This document shows positions 24,135-26,169 of a stretch of 26,169 nt of DNA, piece by piece. This stretch comes from a virus: the UHGV virus genome UHGV-0156931; one strand, given 5' to 3'. Position 1 is the first letter of the stretch. Every line of letters starts with the position of its first letter. A program made the position numbers and the translations under genes. The notes below the pieces were generated by a model that ran no database searches, was not told the origin of the DNA, and saw only the letters and a program-made list of their open reading frames with translations.

Positions 24135-26169
24135 GCACAAAATTTTATACCCTGCTGACGGATATTGGCGCGGCGAAACTTGCCAGCGCCGCCGCGCTCG
24201 GTGTGCCGCTAAAAATTACCCATATGGCGGTGGGCGATGGCGGCGGAGTATTGCCAACGCCGGACGCAAAGCAGACGGCACTGGTAAATGAGAAACGCCG
24301 GGCTGCGCTGAATATGCTCTATATCGACCCGCAAAACAGCAGCCAGATTATTGCTGAACAGGTGATCTCTGAAAACGAGGGCGGTTGGTGGATACGTGAA
24401 GTGGGCCTGTTTGATGAATCCGGGGCACTAATTGCCGTGGGCAACTGCCCGGAAAGCTATAAGCCGCAACTGGCTGAAGGCAGCGGGCGCACCCAGACCG
24501 TGCGCATGGTGCTGATTACCAGCAGTACGGACAATATCACCCTGAAAATTGACCCTGCCGTAGTGCTGGCAACCCGCAAGTATGTGGATGACAAAATCTC
24601 AGAACACGAACAGTCACGACGACACCCGGATGCATCGCTGACCGCAAAAGGTTTTACTCAGTTAAGCAGCGCAACCAACAGCACGTCTGAAACACTGGCC
24701 GCAACGCCGAGAGCGGTAAAGGTCGCGTATGACCTTGCTAACGGGAAATATACTGCACAGGACGCGACCACAGCGCGAAAAGGTCTTGTCCAGCTCAGTA
24801 GCGCCACCAACAGCGATTCTGAAACGCTTGCGGCAACGCCAAAGGCGGTAAAGACAGCATATGACCTTGCTAACGGGAAATATACCGCACAGGACGCGAC
24901 CACAGCGCGAAAAGGCCTTGTCCAGCTCAGCAGCGCCACTAACAGCACGTCAGAAACGCAGGCTGCCACACCAAAAGCCGTGAAGGCTGTATATGACCTT
25001 GCCAATGGAAAACAACCTGCCGACGCCACACTGACCGCACTGGCAGGCCTTGCCACTGCGGCAGACAAACTACCGTATTTTACGGGGAATGATACAGCCA
25101 GCCTGACAACACTGACTAATGTTGGACGGGATATTCTGGCTAAAACAAGCACACAGGAGGTTATTCAGTATATTGGTTGCCCGGCATCTCCTACTGGTTG
25201 GTTAAAAACAGGTAATAACGGTGAGTCAATAACGACAGCTCAGTTAGTTACTTTGTTGCAAAATAATGGGGCATTCAATACGAAAGCATGGTTCGCTCGT
25301 TGTGCATGGTCGTATGCAACTAGTGCATCCATACCAGACAGTGAAACTGGTTGTGGCATTATTCCACTGGCGGGTGCTGTGATAGAAGTATTCAGCAATA
25401 ATACCGACAATTACACTATTCGAATAACAACAGCCACGACGACAAGTGTCTCTGGTGCACTCACTAATGCGGAGTTTATCTATGTGTTTAACGCGTCTGG
25501 CAGCACAAGTTATTCACCTGGATGGCGCAGAGCGTATAACACTAAAAATAAACCTACTACTACTGACCTTGGCTTGAGCGATGAAAGTGGATACGTTGGG
25601 CGCCTGATAAGCACTAGGGTTTTCACGTCATCAGGTACGTACATCCCGACGCCAGGAACAAAACGGCTCAGGGTCACAATAACGGGCGGCGGTGGCGGAG
25701 GGGGCGGCTGCCAGGCTATATCCAATAACGAGACGTTTTTCGGTGCTGGCGGTGGGGCCGGGGGAACAGTAATTATCACGCCGACCCTGACGAATGATAG
25801 ACATCCTGTCACTATCGGCGCAGGTGGGGCCGGCGGTGTTGGTGCGAAAGTCGGCCTCAAGGGCGGTGATAGCTCGTTCGGATCGGTAATAGCCCCAGGC
25901 GGTGAAGGCGGCGGAAAGTTAGGAGTCACAAACACAAACGGTGGTAACGGAGGCGTGCCAAGTATTGGCAATATCAAAATCATTGGTGGATGTGGAGGCG
26001 ACGGTCAGTCCGGAAATATCAGCGTCAGCGGTGAAGGCGGAACATCGTACTGGGGGGGCGGTGGACGCGCAGGCGCTGGCGGTGGCGTTAGCGGTAAGGC
26101 ATATGGTTCAGGTGGCGGTGGCGCATACGATGCCGGTTATAGCGGAACCAGTATGACAGGCGGGAAAGG
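24131..26169 (+). CDS. H: Tail fibre protein H (partial; 3-prime end beyond the window)
   Basis: ATG at 24131 overlapping the I stop. Frame read open to the window end (so not in the stop-bounded ORF track). N-terminus MSTKFYTLLTDIGAAKLASA...MAVGDGGG is the conserved P2 gpH anchor domain. Contains tandem fibre repeats and a Gly-rich C-terminal region. Confidence 0.85.
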   Translation, partial: MSTKFYTLLTDIGAAKLASAAALGVPLKITHMAVGDGGGVLPTPDAKQTALVNEKRRAALNMLYIDPQNSSQIIAEQVISENEGGWWIREVGLFDESGALIAVGNCPESYKPQLAEGSGRTQTVRMVLITSSTDNITLKIDPAVVLATRKYVDDKISEHEQSRRHPDASLTAKGFTQLSSATNSTSETLAATPRAVKVAYDLANGKYTAQDATTARKGLVQLSSATNSDSETLAATPKAVKTAYDLANGKYTAQDATTARKGLVQLSSATNSTSETQAATPKAVKAVYDLANGKQPADATLTALAGLATAADKLPYFTGNDTASLTTLTNVGRDILAKTSTQEVIQYIGCPASPTGWLKTGNNGESITTAQLVTLLQNNGAFNTKAWFARCAWSYATSASIPDSETGCGIIPLAGAVIEVFSNNTDNYTIRITTATTTSVSGALTNAEFIYVFNASGSTSYSPGWRRAYNTKNKPTTTDLGLSDESGYVGRLISTRVFTSSGTYIPTPGTKRLRVTITGGGGGGGGCQAISNNETFFGAGGGAGGTVIITPTLTNDRHPVTIGAGGAGGVGAKVGLKGGDSSFGSVIAPGGEGGGKLGVTNTNGGNGGVPSIGNIKIIGGCGGDGQSGNISVSGEGGTSYWGGGGRAGAGGGVSGKAYGSGGGGAYDAGYSGTSMTGGK
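24648..25010 (+). repeat. About 2.7 tandem copies of a ~132-bp (44-aa) coding repeat inside the tail-fibre gene
   Basis: Units KG(F/L)(T/V)QLSSATNSxSETLAATPxAVKxAYDLANGKYTAQDATTAR repeat at the protein level with near-identical DNA. They produce the repetitive antisense ORF 24658..25152. Confidence 0.85.

Noticed and set aside
23559-24140. 193-aa minus-strand ORF
   Set aside because: Antisense to tail protein I, which is translationally coupled to J and H.
24648-25010. Possible CRISPR-like array (regular direct repeats)
   Set aside because: Repeat unit is 132 bp with no unique spacers, is in frame within the tail-fibre CDS, and encodes the conserved fibre repeat. Not a CRISPR array.
24658-25152. 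164-aa minus-strand ORF with internal repeats
   Set aside because: Mirror image of the tail-fibre tandem repeats on the opposite strand. The plus-strand frame is the conserved fibre protein.
25510-25983. 157-aa Pro-rich minus-strand ORF
   Set aside because: Antisense reading of the Gly-rich (GGN-rich) part of the tail-fibre gene. Pro-rich translation is the expected artefact of reading CCN.

Overview
This window holds the left ~25.5 kb of a P2/186-family temperate myovirus prophage plus ~0.6 kb of flanking host DNA. All family assignments rest on motifs, protein lengths and gene order read from the translations; no database search or computation was possible, and compositional statements are by eye. 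Layout: host TetR-family regulator (50-586) | attL region | leftward lysogeny operon cI -> small exported peptide -> KAP-type P-loop NTPase -> int (4022 down to 691) | rightward early operon apl, cII, fil-like, early ORFs, TraR-like zinc finger, dam, replication gene A (4081-10217) | LexA-box-controlled module with a DinI-like protein (10311-10803) | cos-like motif (~11007-11025) | 565-aa nuclease-like cargo gene (11103-12800) | portal Q and terminase P (leftward) | O N M L X, lysis cassette, R S | baseplate V W J I and the first ~2 kb of tail-fibre gene H, which runs off the window. No rRNA, tRNA or CRISPR array was seen. The main interest is accessory cargo at three positions, all visibly more AT-rich than the backbone: a KAP NTPase plus exported peptide between cI and int, an antisense two-gene cassette inside the early operon flanked by a 63-bp duplication, and the 565-aa gene between cos and Q. 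These are candidate defence or superinfection-exclusion modules, untested.
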